Shown: piece after piece, positions 36,960 through 49,319 of the stretch | How the letters are laid out: every line of letters starts with the position of its first letter | How positions within the stretch are numbered: position 1 is the stretch's first letter | Assembly: GCA_964016885.1 (NCBI GenBank) | Contig: OZ024740.1 | Coordinates: 930,001 to 994,000 of the forward strand | DNA from: Eledone cirrhosa | Taxonomy: Eukaryota | Direction: 5' to 3' | Length of the DNA: 64,000 nt | Translations under genes and position numbers: made by a program | Notes under the pieces: model-generated | What the model saw: only the letters and a program-made list of their open reading frames with translations | Told to the model about the DNA's origin: nothing | The model's database searches: none

Positions 36960-39745
36960 CCGTTTGTCAGATTCAGATGTGTGACACTCGGATATGGCTT
37001 TTCAAGCCTGCTAGAGACTTGCACTCCTTCGCACATTGATGACAACCATGAATCTCCCTGGCCTCAGGTTGCCTGTGAACCTTCACAATACCATGGAGAT
37101 CATAGTTCACTGGTTCTCTTTGAACATGGCTGCGACTGTGGCTCCTGAGACCAGATTTGCTCAAGCAAATTTTTCCACACTCAGGGCACTTCAATTCAAT
37201 GGAGACACCGATTGTTTCGAGAGATACACCAGGGCATTGCTTACGCACATCCCGTTTGATCTTCTCATGCTCTATGTGTCTGTCCTCAAAATTATGGACC
37301 CCATCATTCACCATTCCATGCTAAGTTTCTCTTTCAAGAGCCTCTATCTCCCAGTCGACCATCATCAACCTAGCTTTTTTTTAATGAGTCCTTTACACAA
37401 TCCTTGAATTGGGGCCTTGGCTTGTGAGGTGGTCTCTTACCCTTACAAAGCTTGCCATACAAAAGTTGTTTTGTGATTCGATCATCCTCCATTCTGCAGG
37501 TGTCCGGTCCATCGCAAACGTTGTTGGTGGATGATACTCTCAATGCTCCAACACTCACTTCTCTCAAGGACTTCAACATCACTCACATGCATCTGCCACT
37601 TGATACCGAGCATCTTTCTGAGACACTGCTGGTGAAACCGTTCCAGTCTGTGGATATTCCATTTGTAGGCAACCCATGTCTCACATGCATACAGCAAAGC
37701 TGACAGTACACATGCAGCATACACTCTCACCTTGGTCCTCATTGTGATTCCTTGCTTGCACCAAAGACGGTCATTGAGCCTTCCAAATGACTCACTTGCC
37801 TTACTAACACATAAACCAACTTCTGCATACAGAGAGCAGGTCACACTCAGAGTACTCCCCAAACACACAAATCTGTCAGCAACTCTCAACTTTTGACCGC
37901 ATATGTATATGAAGGGTTCATTGAAAACTTTATCCGGAGCAAGTTGGTACATGACGACAGTCTTCTTCAGACTGATTGTCCCAAAGCACTGCACGCATTG
38001 GCAAAAGAATCCATAAGGTGTTGCATGTCACTCTGGGAGTGTGCAAAGAGATCACAATCATCTGCATACAGAAATTCTCTGATCAAGGTACTCAGTACCT
38101 TAGTGTTGGCAGTGAGACGCTTAAGGTTAAACAGCTTGCCGGAAGTGCAATATCTGAAATAGATACCGTGTTGACAATCTTTGAAGGCCATGAAGAACAC
38201 CATTGCAAAATACAAGGCAAACAAAGTTGGTGCAGGTATATCACCTTGCTTGACACCATTTTCAACCAAGATTGGCTCAGATAGTTTACCTCCGATGTTT
38301 ACCCATACCTGCATGTCATTGTGGAAGAGCTTCAGTATGTTCACAAACTTTTCAGCACAGCCCAATCTCTCCAAAATAACCCACGAAGCCTTCCGATATA
38401 CGGTGTCAAATACCTTGGTCAGATCGACAAAAACATGGTATAAATACATGCGCTGCTCAATGCATTTCTCTTGAAGTTGTTTGGCCAAGAAGACCATGTC
38501 AACAGTGCTTTTGCCATTCCTAAAGCCATATTGGGACTCAGGAAGTACCTCAACAGCAATTTGCTGTATCAATTTGTCCAACAATATTCTGCACAAGATC
38601 TTCCCAGCCACAGATAGCAGTGAAATATCTCTGCAGTTGCCATAGTCGTCTTTGGCTCCCTTTCCTTTGTAAAGTACCACCATCAATGCATCTTTCCAGT
38701 CTGTGGTACATCTTTTTCATTCCAAACATTCACAAAGAGATCAGTGAGGCGGTTTAAGAAGTTATCACCAGCACACTTGAAAATCTCGGCACTCAGTCTA
38801 TCCATTCCAGGTGACTTGCCGCTGTTTAATTTGGCAATGGCCTTTGCCTCCTCATCAAATGAAGGAGGATCAGCCATTGCCAGCTTTGTAGGTCTGGATG
38901 GAATCGACCAGATGACCTCATCATTGATTTCTGATGGTCTGTCAAGGATGGAGCTCATCAAAGTGGTCATGCCACTTAATCAGGATTTCCCTCGGATCTC
39001 TGAGAAATTCCTTGCAGTCTTTGGAGCAAAGTGCTGATATTTGTGGACCGGTTGTACCATACACCTCTCTGAGCAGATTATATAAGAGCTTTGTATCATG
39101 TGTATCTGAGGCTTTCTGGATTTCATCAGCCCTTTTTCTCCACCAGGTATCCTGCATAGCTCTCAATTGATGTTGCACATGTGTCTTGATCTGCTTGAAG
39201 GTCTGGTCACTCCTGTCAGAATGTGTCTCACACAACAATGATGTCAGCACTTTTTGTTTCTCTTCAAGGTCTGGATCACCGCATCATTTTCATCGAACCA
39301 ATCCTTATGCTTTCTATTGGTATGACCTAAAACTCCAGTACTAACATCACAGATGGTTTTCTTCAATGATTCCCACGTGTTTTCACATTCCATGGACTCA
39401 AGAGACTTCGACAGCTCAGCTCTGACTTCAGACGAGCCATGTTTAGTTGTTTTGGAAGTGCAACCTTCTTCCCCCTTACTTTGGGCTTCACAAAAAATTG
39501 AAACTTAGCGCACACCAGACGATGGTCAGTCCAGCATTCTGCCCCTTGCAATACATGAACTAATGTGATATCCCGGATATCACGTTTCCTCATTAAAACA
39601 AAGTCAATAAGGTACAACTTCTTGGAAGCTGTATGCAACCAAGCTGTCTTTTATTTGTCTTTCTGCTGAAAGAGCATGTTCCCAACAAGATCCATCTCAG
39701 TGCACATCTGCAACAGAAGTAGGCCATTGTTATTGCACTTAACTA
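36960..39745 (-). mobile_element. Decayed RTE (BovB-like) LINE: end of endonuclease, RT and two C-terminal C2H2-like fingers
   Basis: CWTDHRLV, GKSPGMD, QYGFR..FVDLTKVFD..GVKQGD..FLYADDC, RLRWTGH, CPECGKICLSKSGLRSHSRSH and CHQCAKECKSLAGLKSHIRVSH. Many frameshifts. Confidence 0.9.
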
Positions 39746-39999
39746 ATCTCATTCTCTGAACATTGAAAACACTACTCGAAAAGGAGAACTGGTCAACATC
39801 ATCAGATGCATCCAAAGATGCAGGGTTTTTTTCAGAGTTTCCATCTCTTAGAAAGGTGTTGTCACAAAAACCGAGGGCCTTTCACTCCCAGGTGAAAAAT
39901 AAAATAAAATAATATTTGGATGGCTGTTGACTCTGCTGAGTTCCTCCACCCTTTGCAGGGTCTTGTATTTCATCCCACAGGGTGTTCAAATATTTCCTT

Positions 40000-40225
40000 T
40001 GTTCTGTAAAACAAGATGGTGTAGAACAGAACAATGGAGAGACACACAAAATAAAAACCTAGTCACTGAGGAGGTCACAAAATGTGTGAGGAAAGAGCTT
40101 TGACAATATATAAACAACCTTCTGGTTATCAAACCAACGAACTGGAAATTATAATAAACTGAAGTGAAAACCAACAGGTGCATGTGTTTTTATTGGCAAC
40201 ATGACCCTCCCAAAGTATAACAATA
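40000..40225 (-). repeat. Unclassified dispersed repeat; second copy at about 60575-60830 (+)
   Basis: Both copies share gttatactttgggagggtcatgttgccaat and tattgtcaaag(c/t)tcttt..cacacatt(t/c)tgtgacct. Confidence 0.7.
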
Positions 40226-40241
40226 TATACATATATATATA

Positions 40242-40272
<31 letters not shown>

Positions 40273-40304
40273 TGTTTTTAGGTAATATTGAAAGAATGAC
40301 CCAC

Positions 40305-40431
40305 CTATTTATCAACTGACCTAACACTAAATTTAGATCAGATGTTGTCTTGACCAATTCATTCACTCGACTTTCTATATGAGAAAAATCAACACACAGA
40401 AGGTTCTTCAACTCTGTAAGATTTATCCGAC
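40305..40431 (-). CDS. UFL1: UFL1 coding exon 3 (127 nt): GRINLTELKNLLCVDFSHIESRVNELVKTTSDLNLVLGQLIN(S)
   Basis: Acceptor tttttacag and donor gtgggt, phase 1 in and phase 2 out. Resembles human [28 protein letters not shown]. Confidence 0.95.
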
Positions 40432-41498
40432 CTGTAAAAATAAATGTAAACAAACAAAACAAATGTTTAGGTTTTGCTTTACTATATATCCTGGATTAAA
40501 TATATTAATACTAACTTTATATCTGTTTGTTTCACCATCTATTTATTTCTAGTCAACATATAGGTTTAGTAATATAACTAACAGTGCCCCAACATAGCCA
40601 CAGTCTAATGACTGAAACATATTTACAATTAAAAAATATTTAATCCTTTAGCATTTATATTCACTCTCCTTGCTCTGATCGATCGACAGGATCCCAGACC
40701 TCATTTGCTTATTGCTGATACTATCTACTGGTTGCAACTCCTGGCAGAAGGAGCAATGTGAAATAAAGTGTCTTGCTCAAGGACAACGCATCACCCTGTC
40801 CGAGAATTGAACTCGCAACCTCACGATTGCGAATCCAACTCTCTAACCACTAAGCCACGCACCTTTACATTACTCTATATTTACTATTGTATTTTTGAGG
40901 TAAACACTTTATCTCATAATTGTCTCACATAATATTGAATGTATGATATTTTTATATTATTTATTTTGAGAAAAATACCTTAACATAAGTATGAGCAGCC
41001 GGTTATAGCCAGTTTGAACAGAAAAATGTGAAAGAATTCTGGCTGGATATGGCCAGTTTAAATGCTAAAGGGTTAACAACAACGAAACAGTAAATAAACC
41101 TCTTTAGCTATGTCACTGTCTCTGATAAAACAAGGATGATAAAATAACAATTAGGCTTTATATATTAATGATTATATATAGAACATTGTAATAAAGATAT
41201 AACTATGTTTGTATGGACAATAGATACTAACCTTGTTGGTATCAAAATGACCCAAACCAGCTCTGTTTCTATGAAACAAAACCACCCATTTTAAAGGGTT
41301 CTTAACTAAATTTAAATTTTTCAAAAAAATTGACATAACTTTTTGTTAACTTATTTTACAAATACCATCTTAATAATGAAATATTTAATAATTTTAGTAA
41401 ATCTCTTCAAATGTTTCATGAATTAATTCAAATACAGTTTATTTCATTTGAAATATGGTCGTGAAAGGGTTAAATGGTAAAACACGAAGAACAATCAA

Positions 41499-41697
41499 GT
41501 TATCTTATTTACATTCATAAACATATACAGGTAAAGTAGAGGTAAACTACAGGTTATCTTATTTACCTCCATGAACATATACAGGTAAACTACAGGTTAT
41601 CATATTTACCTCCATATACAGGTAAACTACAGGTTATCATATTTACCTCCATATACAGGTAAACTACAGGTTATCATATTTACCTCCATGAACATAT
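41499..41697. repeat. 37/43-bp tandem repeat that includes the UFL1 exon-2 donor site
   Basis: ATTTACCTCCAT (minus strand ATGGAG|GTAAAT) occurs at 41561, 41604, 41641 and 41678. Confidence 0.9.
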
Positions 41698-41829
41698 AAT
41701 TCATCAAGTATTTCCTTGTCAAGTTGCCGTAAAGTAATATACTCCTTGCCATCAGTGGTGAAGATTACATCAATGAATTTCAATTCAAGCAGCTTAGAGA
41801 CAACTTCAACTATATTCCTCTCTGATAAT
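41684..41829 (-). CDS. UFL1: UFL1 coding exon 2 (146 nt): (K)LSERNIVEVVSKLLELKFIDVIFTTDGKEYITLRQLDKEILDELYVHG(G)
   Basis: Acceptor ttttatttcag and donor gtaaat. LSERN and DGKEYIT are UFL1 N-terminal hallmarks. Confidence 0.96.
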
Positions 41830-42379
41830 CTGAAATAAAAAAAATCTTTCGCTTTTACATACAGCTACATCAATCCAATCCAGGAACTCCTACCTGGTTG
41901 ACCTCCACTACTTTCTGTTTGGTTTTGGTCATGTCATCAAGGGTATAGCTATACTCACATACATACATACAGGTACATCAATCCAGGGCCTTCTCACTCC
42001 TGTTGGAGCAACCCCTCCCTGATTGACTTCCACTAATTTCACAGAGATATCAAACCCATGAAAATACAATTATTTATAGGGTCTGGATTGGCAGTATTGG
42101 TAGAGGGTCGGACGCCATGCTTTGACGCATAGAGTTACGGCCCTTGCCATTCTGAGTTCGAATCCCGCCGAGGTTAACTTAGCTTTCATTCTTCCGGGGT
42201 CGATAAAATAAAGTACCAGTAATGCACTGGGGAATTGCTGGCCTTGTGCCAAAAGTAGAAACAATTATTTATAGGGTCTTGCACAAATAACTAGTTACAT
42301 ACTTACTATCAATTTTTAAACAAACATTGAATTTGACCACAACATTTGTAAAACGTAAATGAAAGTTGCCAGCTAAACT

Positions 42380-42645
42380 GATATGAAATGTAAATAGAAT
42401 AAATACAACGTTGATAGTAGTAGTTAATAAACAAACAAAAGAGAGGAAAATGAGGGAAAGGGCAAAGATTGTTAAGCAACGAAAGAAAGGGGAAAGAGGG
42501 AGAGAGTGACAGACTCTCAGTGATGTTTCGGCTGCACCCCGCGGACAAAATGGTAAAGGCATTGCCGCAGACAATGGCCAGCGACACCCGCTGCAATAAC
42601 CACCCCACCTCGCGGGGCTCCTTCCTCAGACAGGTTGCTGTTATT
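42380..42645 (-). mobile_element. 3' end of a REL-endonuclease (CRE-like) non-LTR retrotransposon
   Basis: EPREVGWLLQRVSLAIVCGNA matches the C-terminal QRxSxAIxRGNA motif and is followed by a pyrimidine-rich 3' UTR. Confidence 0.65.
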
Positions 42646-43366
42646 TGTATTTGATGTGTAAGGAATCTAAGGGATAAAAAAAAAACAGTTAAAATGTACG
42701 AGTAACATAAGAAAAGTAATAACTGTTGAAATGTATTGCATAGAGGATTAAAATAGTTAAATAACGGTTTCTGATTTAGGCACAAGGCCGACAGTTTTTC
42801 TTTTTTTAGGGGGGGGGGGGGGGGTAAAATCGATTAAATCGACCCTCGTGCAGTACTGGTACTTTATTTTATCGACCCAGTAGGGATGTTGCCCGACGCT
42901 AAATAATAAATACATATTAGTTAAAGGTTAAAAATCAATTAAAACATTTAAAGCGATGATATAGAAAAACGATATGAAATAAGTATTTAAAAAATATTTG
43001 CAACGTTATTCTACTGTAAATTTATACAACTGTAATAATAATTATATATTGTGTGTGTGTGGTTTACGGCTTAGAGAAAAGATTTCTCAATATATATATA
43101 TGTAAACAGTGTATATGTTATAAGTTTACAAATATTTTCGTTAAATTTCGGTAGTAGCAGGTGGTGTTTACATTGAGTATACTGAAATGATAATTAAGAG
43201 AGAAAAAAACAACAAAAGGCTTTGCATGAAATAGACATGACGTGTGTCTCATCTATATTTGGCATATGGTAGACATATACGTATAAAGACAGGTTAACAC
43301 GATAAAACTAAGACGATAAAATAAACATATCTAAGGTATATGGCTACAGGGTTGCGGATAACTTAC

Positions 43367-43440
43367 TTCTGTTGAGATGAAGCAGTTTGAATACGTGCAA
43401 AGTCTGCACGGAGTTTGTTTATTTCATCCCAAGTAGCCAT
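43367..43440 (-). CDS. UFL1: UFL1 coding exon 1 (74 nt): MATWDEINKLRADFARIQTASSQQ(K)
   Basis: Start context acaacaATGG and donor gtaagt. Phase 2 matches exon 2. Resembles human MADAWEEIRRLAADFQRAQ. Confidence 0.94.
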
Positions 43441-43506
43441 TGTTGTTGAACTCTTCTGAAGTGGAGTTACATTTCAACTACATTTTATTATTGGGAATTT
43501 TTATTA

Positions 43507-43849
43507 CATCATCATCATCATCATCATTTTACGTCCGCTTTTCCCTGCTTGCAAGGGTGAGACGGGAACTGATTCTGGCTTGATTTCTACAGCTGGATGC
43601 CCTTCCGAACAACAACCTCATTTACAGTGAGTGCTGGGTGCTTTTTTGCCGTGGCACCTCCACGACCACTTTGCAGTGGAATGATATGGACCCCAGTCCC
43701 TATCATCTCATTTCTACAGCTGAGTAAACTGGAGCAATGTGAAATAAAGTGTCTTTCTCAAGGAAACAACACATCACTCTGTCTGAGAATTGAACTAACA
43801 ACCTTTCGATTGCAAGGCCAATGCTCTAACCACTAAGCCATGTGCCTCC
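43507..43849 (-). mobile_element. tRNA-derived SINE (family of 23165-23501)
   Basis: Same A/B-box head, core, RTE-type tail and (GAT)n. Confidence 0.87.
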
Positions 43850-44339
43850 AGTTGTATAAATTTACAGAAGAATAACGTTGTAAATATGTTTTAAATATAT
43901 ACATAAATAACATTACAAATGCGTAAATAACATTATAAATTGCTCGCAAATCGTTCAGAAGTACAAATATGTCTAAACCGTGTATAATGACACAAAAATA
44001 TAAATGCATGAACAAAAATGATACAGGAAAGAAGAAGAGAAAAAAGAGAGGGGGTGGGGTGCATTTCGCCACCACGTGTGACAATCGGCAACACCTCACA
44101 CCTTGGGGCTTAACTGTACACTTTCAGGTAGGCCAACACACTTGCAGCATTACCACAGGTGATGGCGAGGCTAAGACGTTGAAGTAACCAGGCACCCTCA
44201 CGGGCATCACCTGACACCTCAGTACGGCAAGCCACCAGTGAAGACAAGAACTTCGCTGTCAGCTGCCCAACGTCTCGAATGCTACAGGCTGGAAGAAATA
44301 ATTATTTAATAAGTCCTGATATTTTCGAATTTTATTCCG

Positions 44340-44706
44340 TTCGGTAGCGGAAACAGTGATTCCCCACATTCACCGCGGCGTCCGTGATGTGGGAAAGAGC
44401 AAAAGAGTCACTGACTGTGACGTCCCAGATGAGACACCTACCTCTCACCCAGGGATAAAGAGTAAGACCGTCTGCTCTCTTCCTATCACTTCTAGATAAA
44501 CCAGCCGGCTCCAGAACTGTGAGGATATTAACTGGAGCCAGGGCCCGTTTGATGATCAGGTTTAGCTCAGTGTGACGGGCAAAACGACCAGCATTCAGGC
44601 GGCAGGACAAACCATGTAAACCTGTGGAGTTGAGGGACCTATCATAGCGGCATCTCAGACCCCCACAGATGTCGGCTCCCACACGAAGTGCATTGGAGAT
44701 GCGGAG
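44340..44706 (-). mobile_element. REL-endonuclease domain fragment of a CRE-like non-LTR retrotransposon
   Basis: GLHGLSC..GRFARH..EPAGLSRSDRKRADGLTLYPW..CLIWDVTVSD: zinc knuckle plus PD..D nuclease pattern. Confidence 0.78.
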
Positions 44707-45014
44707 GCCAATGCTCTAACCACCAAGCCATGTGCCTCCATGTGTGTTTAAATATATAAAACAGTAAAATTCAATAACTGCAAAAGTAGAACAATGAGAC
44801 ATTAAAACATTGAAGAGGGGAAGCCGAAAACTGGAAGAGGAATTTTGGGATGTACCAAACAAAGAAATGTTAAGATGGATGTTGTGTGTGTGAACATTTA
44901 AAACAGTAAGTTCGATAAAAGTACTAAGTGCAAAAATAGAACCGTGAGATGTTAAAGAATTGAAGAGAGGAAGCTGAAATTGAAGAAATAATTTTGAGAT
45001 GTATCAAAATTCAC

Positions 45015-47085
45015 GGTTCAAAGTATACAAGGCACTTATGAAAGCAGGTAAAGTGGTAGAGGCTAAGGAAGCAAAAACTGCCTACATAGAGGCCAAGCGA
45101 ACTGCCAAGCATGTTGTCTGGTTGGCCAAGTCTGATGCCGAGAAGGAGGCGTTTGCTGACATCTCCCCTTCTGGTGATGGCGTCTTCTAGCTTGCCAAAC
45201 AAATGGACCACACTGTTGTTGGTGAAAAGTATCTAAAAAGTGATGCTGATGAGTTGTCTCTCAGTGATGAGGAGAAGATGAAGGAATGGGTGGAGCATTA
45301 TTCAAGGCTCTTAAATGTTGAGTTTGATTGACTATGGGACTGACTCCCTGAGGTGGCACCTGTTACTGGTCCCCCTCCCAGTGTGTCACCTGAGTTGATT
45401 CACAAAGCTCATGGCAAGATGAAGTGTAGCAAGGCTGCAGGCCCTTCTGGCATCATTGCTGAAATGCTACTAGTGGCTGGTGAGGAGGGAGTTGAGTTGG
45501 TGAGGCAGCTGGTAGAAACAGTCTACAGTGAAGGTACCATTCCTAAAGACTGGGAGGAGATCTTCATCCTTAACCTTTACAAAGACAAAGGGGAGGCCCT
45601 CGGGGTGTGGCAACTACCATGGCCTGAAGCTTACCAATCAAGTAATGAAGCTGCTTGAGTGTGTTAGATTCCTATATTCACAAGATAGTGAACATCAATG
45701 AAATGTAATTCAGCTTTGTGCCTGATAGAGGCACCACAGGCACCATTTTCATTGCCTTCCAACTTCAAGAGAAGTACATTGCTGCCAAGAAACCTCTCTT
45801 CTTTGTATTTGTCGACCTTGAGAAAGCTTTTGACCGTGTGCCAAGGAAAGTACTCTGATGGGCAATGAGAAGTCTAGGTGTGGAGGAGAGGGCTGTCCGC
45901 ATCATCCAGGTCATGTAGACAAACACCATGAGTCGTGTTTGTGTCAATGGACATTAAAGCGAAGAGTTTGGCGTGGGAGTTGGAGTCTATCAGGGCTCAG
46001 TGCTCAGTCTACTCCTCTTCATCCTGGTGCTGGAGGTACTGTTGTGGGAGTTCTGCATTGGTGTCCCATGGGAGCTGCTGTATGCTGATGATCTTGTGGT
46101 CATTGCCAACCCTTGTCGGATGTGCATCTCCAAACTGCGATCATGGAAAACTGGCATGGAAAGAAAGATCTTTGTGTCAATATGAAGAAGACAAAGTTCC
46201 TGATCTCTGATATTGGTCTTGGCTTCCTCAAAGATTCTGGTGAATTCCCCTGTGCTGTCTGTCACAGTGGTGTGGGCGCAAACTCCAATGAATGCTCTCA
46301 ATGCAAGCTATGGGTCCATCAGATGTGCAGTGGTATCACTGGGAAACTAGTTGCTGATCTAGAGTACGTTTGTCGTAGGTGTCGAGGTGTCGCCTGCCTA
46401 GTGGATGGTCGATTTGATATGCATGTGGATGTGGACAGCATATTACTCGATATTAAAGGCACCTTCTGCTACCTGAGTGACATGTTCTGTGCTGGTGGAG
46501 GCTGTGAATGTGTTGTTGCTTCTCGCTGCTGTGTTGCATGGGGCAAATTCAGAAAGCTGTTGCCCATCCTCATTTCAGGGCACATCTCATTCAATGTTCG
46601 TGGCAAAGTGTTTTCTGCTTGTGTTTGCTCCACTATGCTTCATGGCAGCGAGACATGGGCTCCGAATGCCTCAGATCTGCAATGACTCAGGTGAAATGAT
46701 CGTGCCATGATTAGGTGGATCTGTGACACCAAATTGAAAGATGAGACCCCTTCGACCATACTCCACCAGAAGCTGGGTGTGGATGAGATCACTGCTGTCC
46801 TTCGCACACAACGTTTTCGTTGGTACGGACATGTACAGCGAGCCATGTCATGTATCAACTCCATCACTCACTTGGAAATCCCTGGCACTAGAGACCGCGG
46901 CAGACCAAAGAAGACGTGGTTGGAATGCGTGAGGAGTTATTTTTATAAATGGAACTTGGCCGATGTCGATACTATGGACAGAAATTCATGGAGAACGACT
47001 GTGAGACATTGCCTGGTGTTGCCTACCTCGGAGTCCAGGACAACTGCAGCACCCTAAAGACCAAAACTGGATATAGATGGATGGA
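45015..47085 (+). mobile_element. Decayed RTE LINE, 5'-truncated
   Basis: KAAGPSGIIAEML, DLEKAFDRVP, GVYQGSVLS..LLYADDL, RWYGHV..GRPKKTW, and a short gatg tail. Confidence 0.9.
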
Positions 47086-48329
47086 TCAAAAACAGTGGAG
47101 GAGAAATAAATATAATGCATTCACGAAACACATGTTACGCGGTATTACAAATAAAATGTTGATCACTCAATCCTGATATATATTTCGGAACTCACCCGCG
47201 TTGAGTTCCAGATTGACATTAATCTGGGACTTAAAGCAACCCACCAAAGAGTCCTTTCCTAATTCAAGAAGGTATGTGACCTGAAAGAAATTTGGCTGTT
47301 ATTTCTAACAGGACAAGAAACTGCATAAAGGTTTTCACTCCTTCACTCAAAACAAACATATTTGTTATTGTTAGTGGTTTTAGCCAAAAAGTTCTTGTTG
47401 AAATCCATAATTTTTTACAGGAAAGGTAGGGTTAACTAATGAACTTGATACAATTCAGCGAGGGAAGATTTTAGCTGGCCAACATAGAAAACACTTTCTA
47501 AATGAGACAGAACACTTTGTAGAATAATTATTTCAATGATTCTTTTCTACCTTTTCCATTCAACTTTCTGTTTCATTTCAGTTTTATTCCTTCTTTTTTT
47601 CTTTAACCTTCTTATAAGATTATATGTTGTCTTTTGTTTTCACTTGGACTCTATACTTCTCTGTGTTATATTGATAAGGTTCCATGTGAAACACCATAAC
47701 TATAATATAATTTCCCTCGTTGGACTCATTCTTTTTTTTTATTCTTGGTGGTAGCAACACGTGGTTGTGTGTGTTGCTGCTGACTCTTGCCAAGCCCCAA
47801 GAAAACAAGTCCACACAGTAATCTTATATATGAATAATAGATCATGTGTTGTGTGTTTAAGTAGTATGCACCATAACCACGTGGTTCTAAGTTTGATACC
47901 ACACTATGACACATTTACAACAGCCACATGTATGTATGCGTGTCATTAAGTGAGAAGGAAATTCCTTAAAACCTGCGGTTGAAGCAACTCCCAATCATCT
48001 TGCTTCGGCATGTCACTAGACTTTAGTTGCGGATTCTCAGAGATTGGTATTCGTCTTGTACAAACGTTTACCACTATAATATCCTGATGTACAGATGTCT
48101 CTTACATCTTTCTCCGTCTATCCTATTTCTGAAAAACTGCGGTGATAGACGAATGGCAACATGCAGACCTGACCAGTTGGAAGCTTATAGTCACAAGTCT
48201 ACACACAGGCACCTTCAGCTTACTTTGCCTCACTCAAGCAGGAATAAGAATAAAGCAAAATGCAAAAAATACACAAAAATTGAGTCAAACTCAACATTTC
48301 TGGTTGGAACTTTAGGACACTCCTGTACA

Positions 48330-49311
48330 GACACTTGTCTGGACGTCCGGAGCGTAGAACTGCACTTGTGACAAAAGAACTCAGAATATTGAACATAGAC
48401 ATAGCAGTTTTTCCTGAAACATGTTTGGCAGGAGATCAATTAACAGAAGTATCATCTGGCTTCTCTCTTTTCTGGGTAGGTAAACCCATAGCTGAACGGA
48501 GAGAGGGTGGTGTTGGCTTCACTATTAGAACATCTCTGCTTGATCGTATAGAGTGTCCTACTGGTGTAACCGATTGCATTATGAAGCTTTGTATTCCTCT
48601 GAGACATGGTAATTATGTAACACTTTTATCTGTTTATGTACCAACCCTACAGGCCAGTGAGGTCGTCTGTGATTCTTTCTATGAGTCTCTTCATGTTGTC
48701 ATAGCATGCAGCCCTGCTGACGATAACCTATTACTTCTCGGTGATTTTAATACTCATGTGGTTAGTGATCACGAGACGTGGGGTACCTTTGGTCCATTTG
48801 GTATTCGTAAAATGAACACCAATGGCCTGAGGTTGTTTTAACTCTGCTCAGAACTCAACTTAACCATCTGCAACACTCTTTTCCATCAGAAGCTGAAATA
48901 TAAATCTACCTGGTATCATCCAAGATCCAAGCAAGGACATATGATTGATTTCATCATCACTCGTAAACGAGATCTAAGTGATGTCTACAGTGCGTGTGTT
49001 ACATAATGCAAAACGTGGCACTGACCACAAATTAGTGCGAGGAAAGTTCAAGATGAGTATCCGCAAAAGAATTTGTATGGGTGGAGTGAAAGCACCGAAA
49101 TGCATTAATGTCACCAAACTGAGGCAAGCAGGTGTGTATGCAGCTCTAACTGAAAGACTTGATGGTCTTGATTTTGATGGCACTTGGGAAAACTTTAGAG
49201 ATCAAGTTTACTCAGTGGGAGCTGAGGTACTTGGCTTCAGAACCAAGAAACACCAGGACTGGTTCGATGACAACAATCCTAATATCATTCAGCTACTGAA
49301 AACCAAGTATT
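48330..49311 (+). mobile_element. RTE LINE apurinic-endonuclease domain fragment
   Basis: RPERRTALV..DIAV..ET, GVGF, SVYVPT, LLGDFN, TWYHPRSK..IDF, TDHKLV, HQDWFDDN. Confidence 0.87.
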
Positions 49312-49319
49312 TGTGATAA

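Noticed and set aside
44055-44185. Possible HDV-like ribozyme at a retroelement 5' end (CGCCACCACGTGTG..GGCTAA)
   Set aside because: I could not identify consistent P1 and P2 pairings by eye. It would need a covariance-model search.
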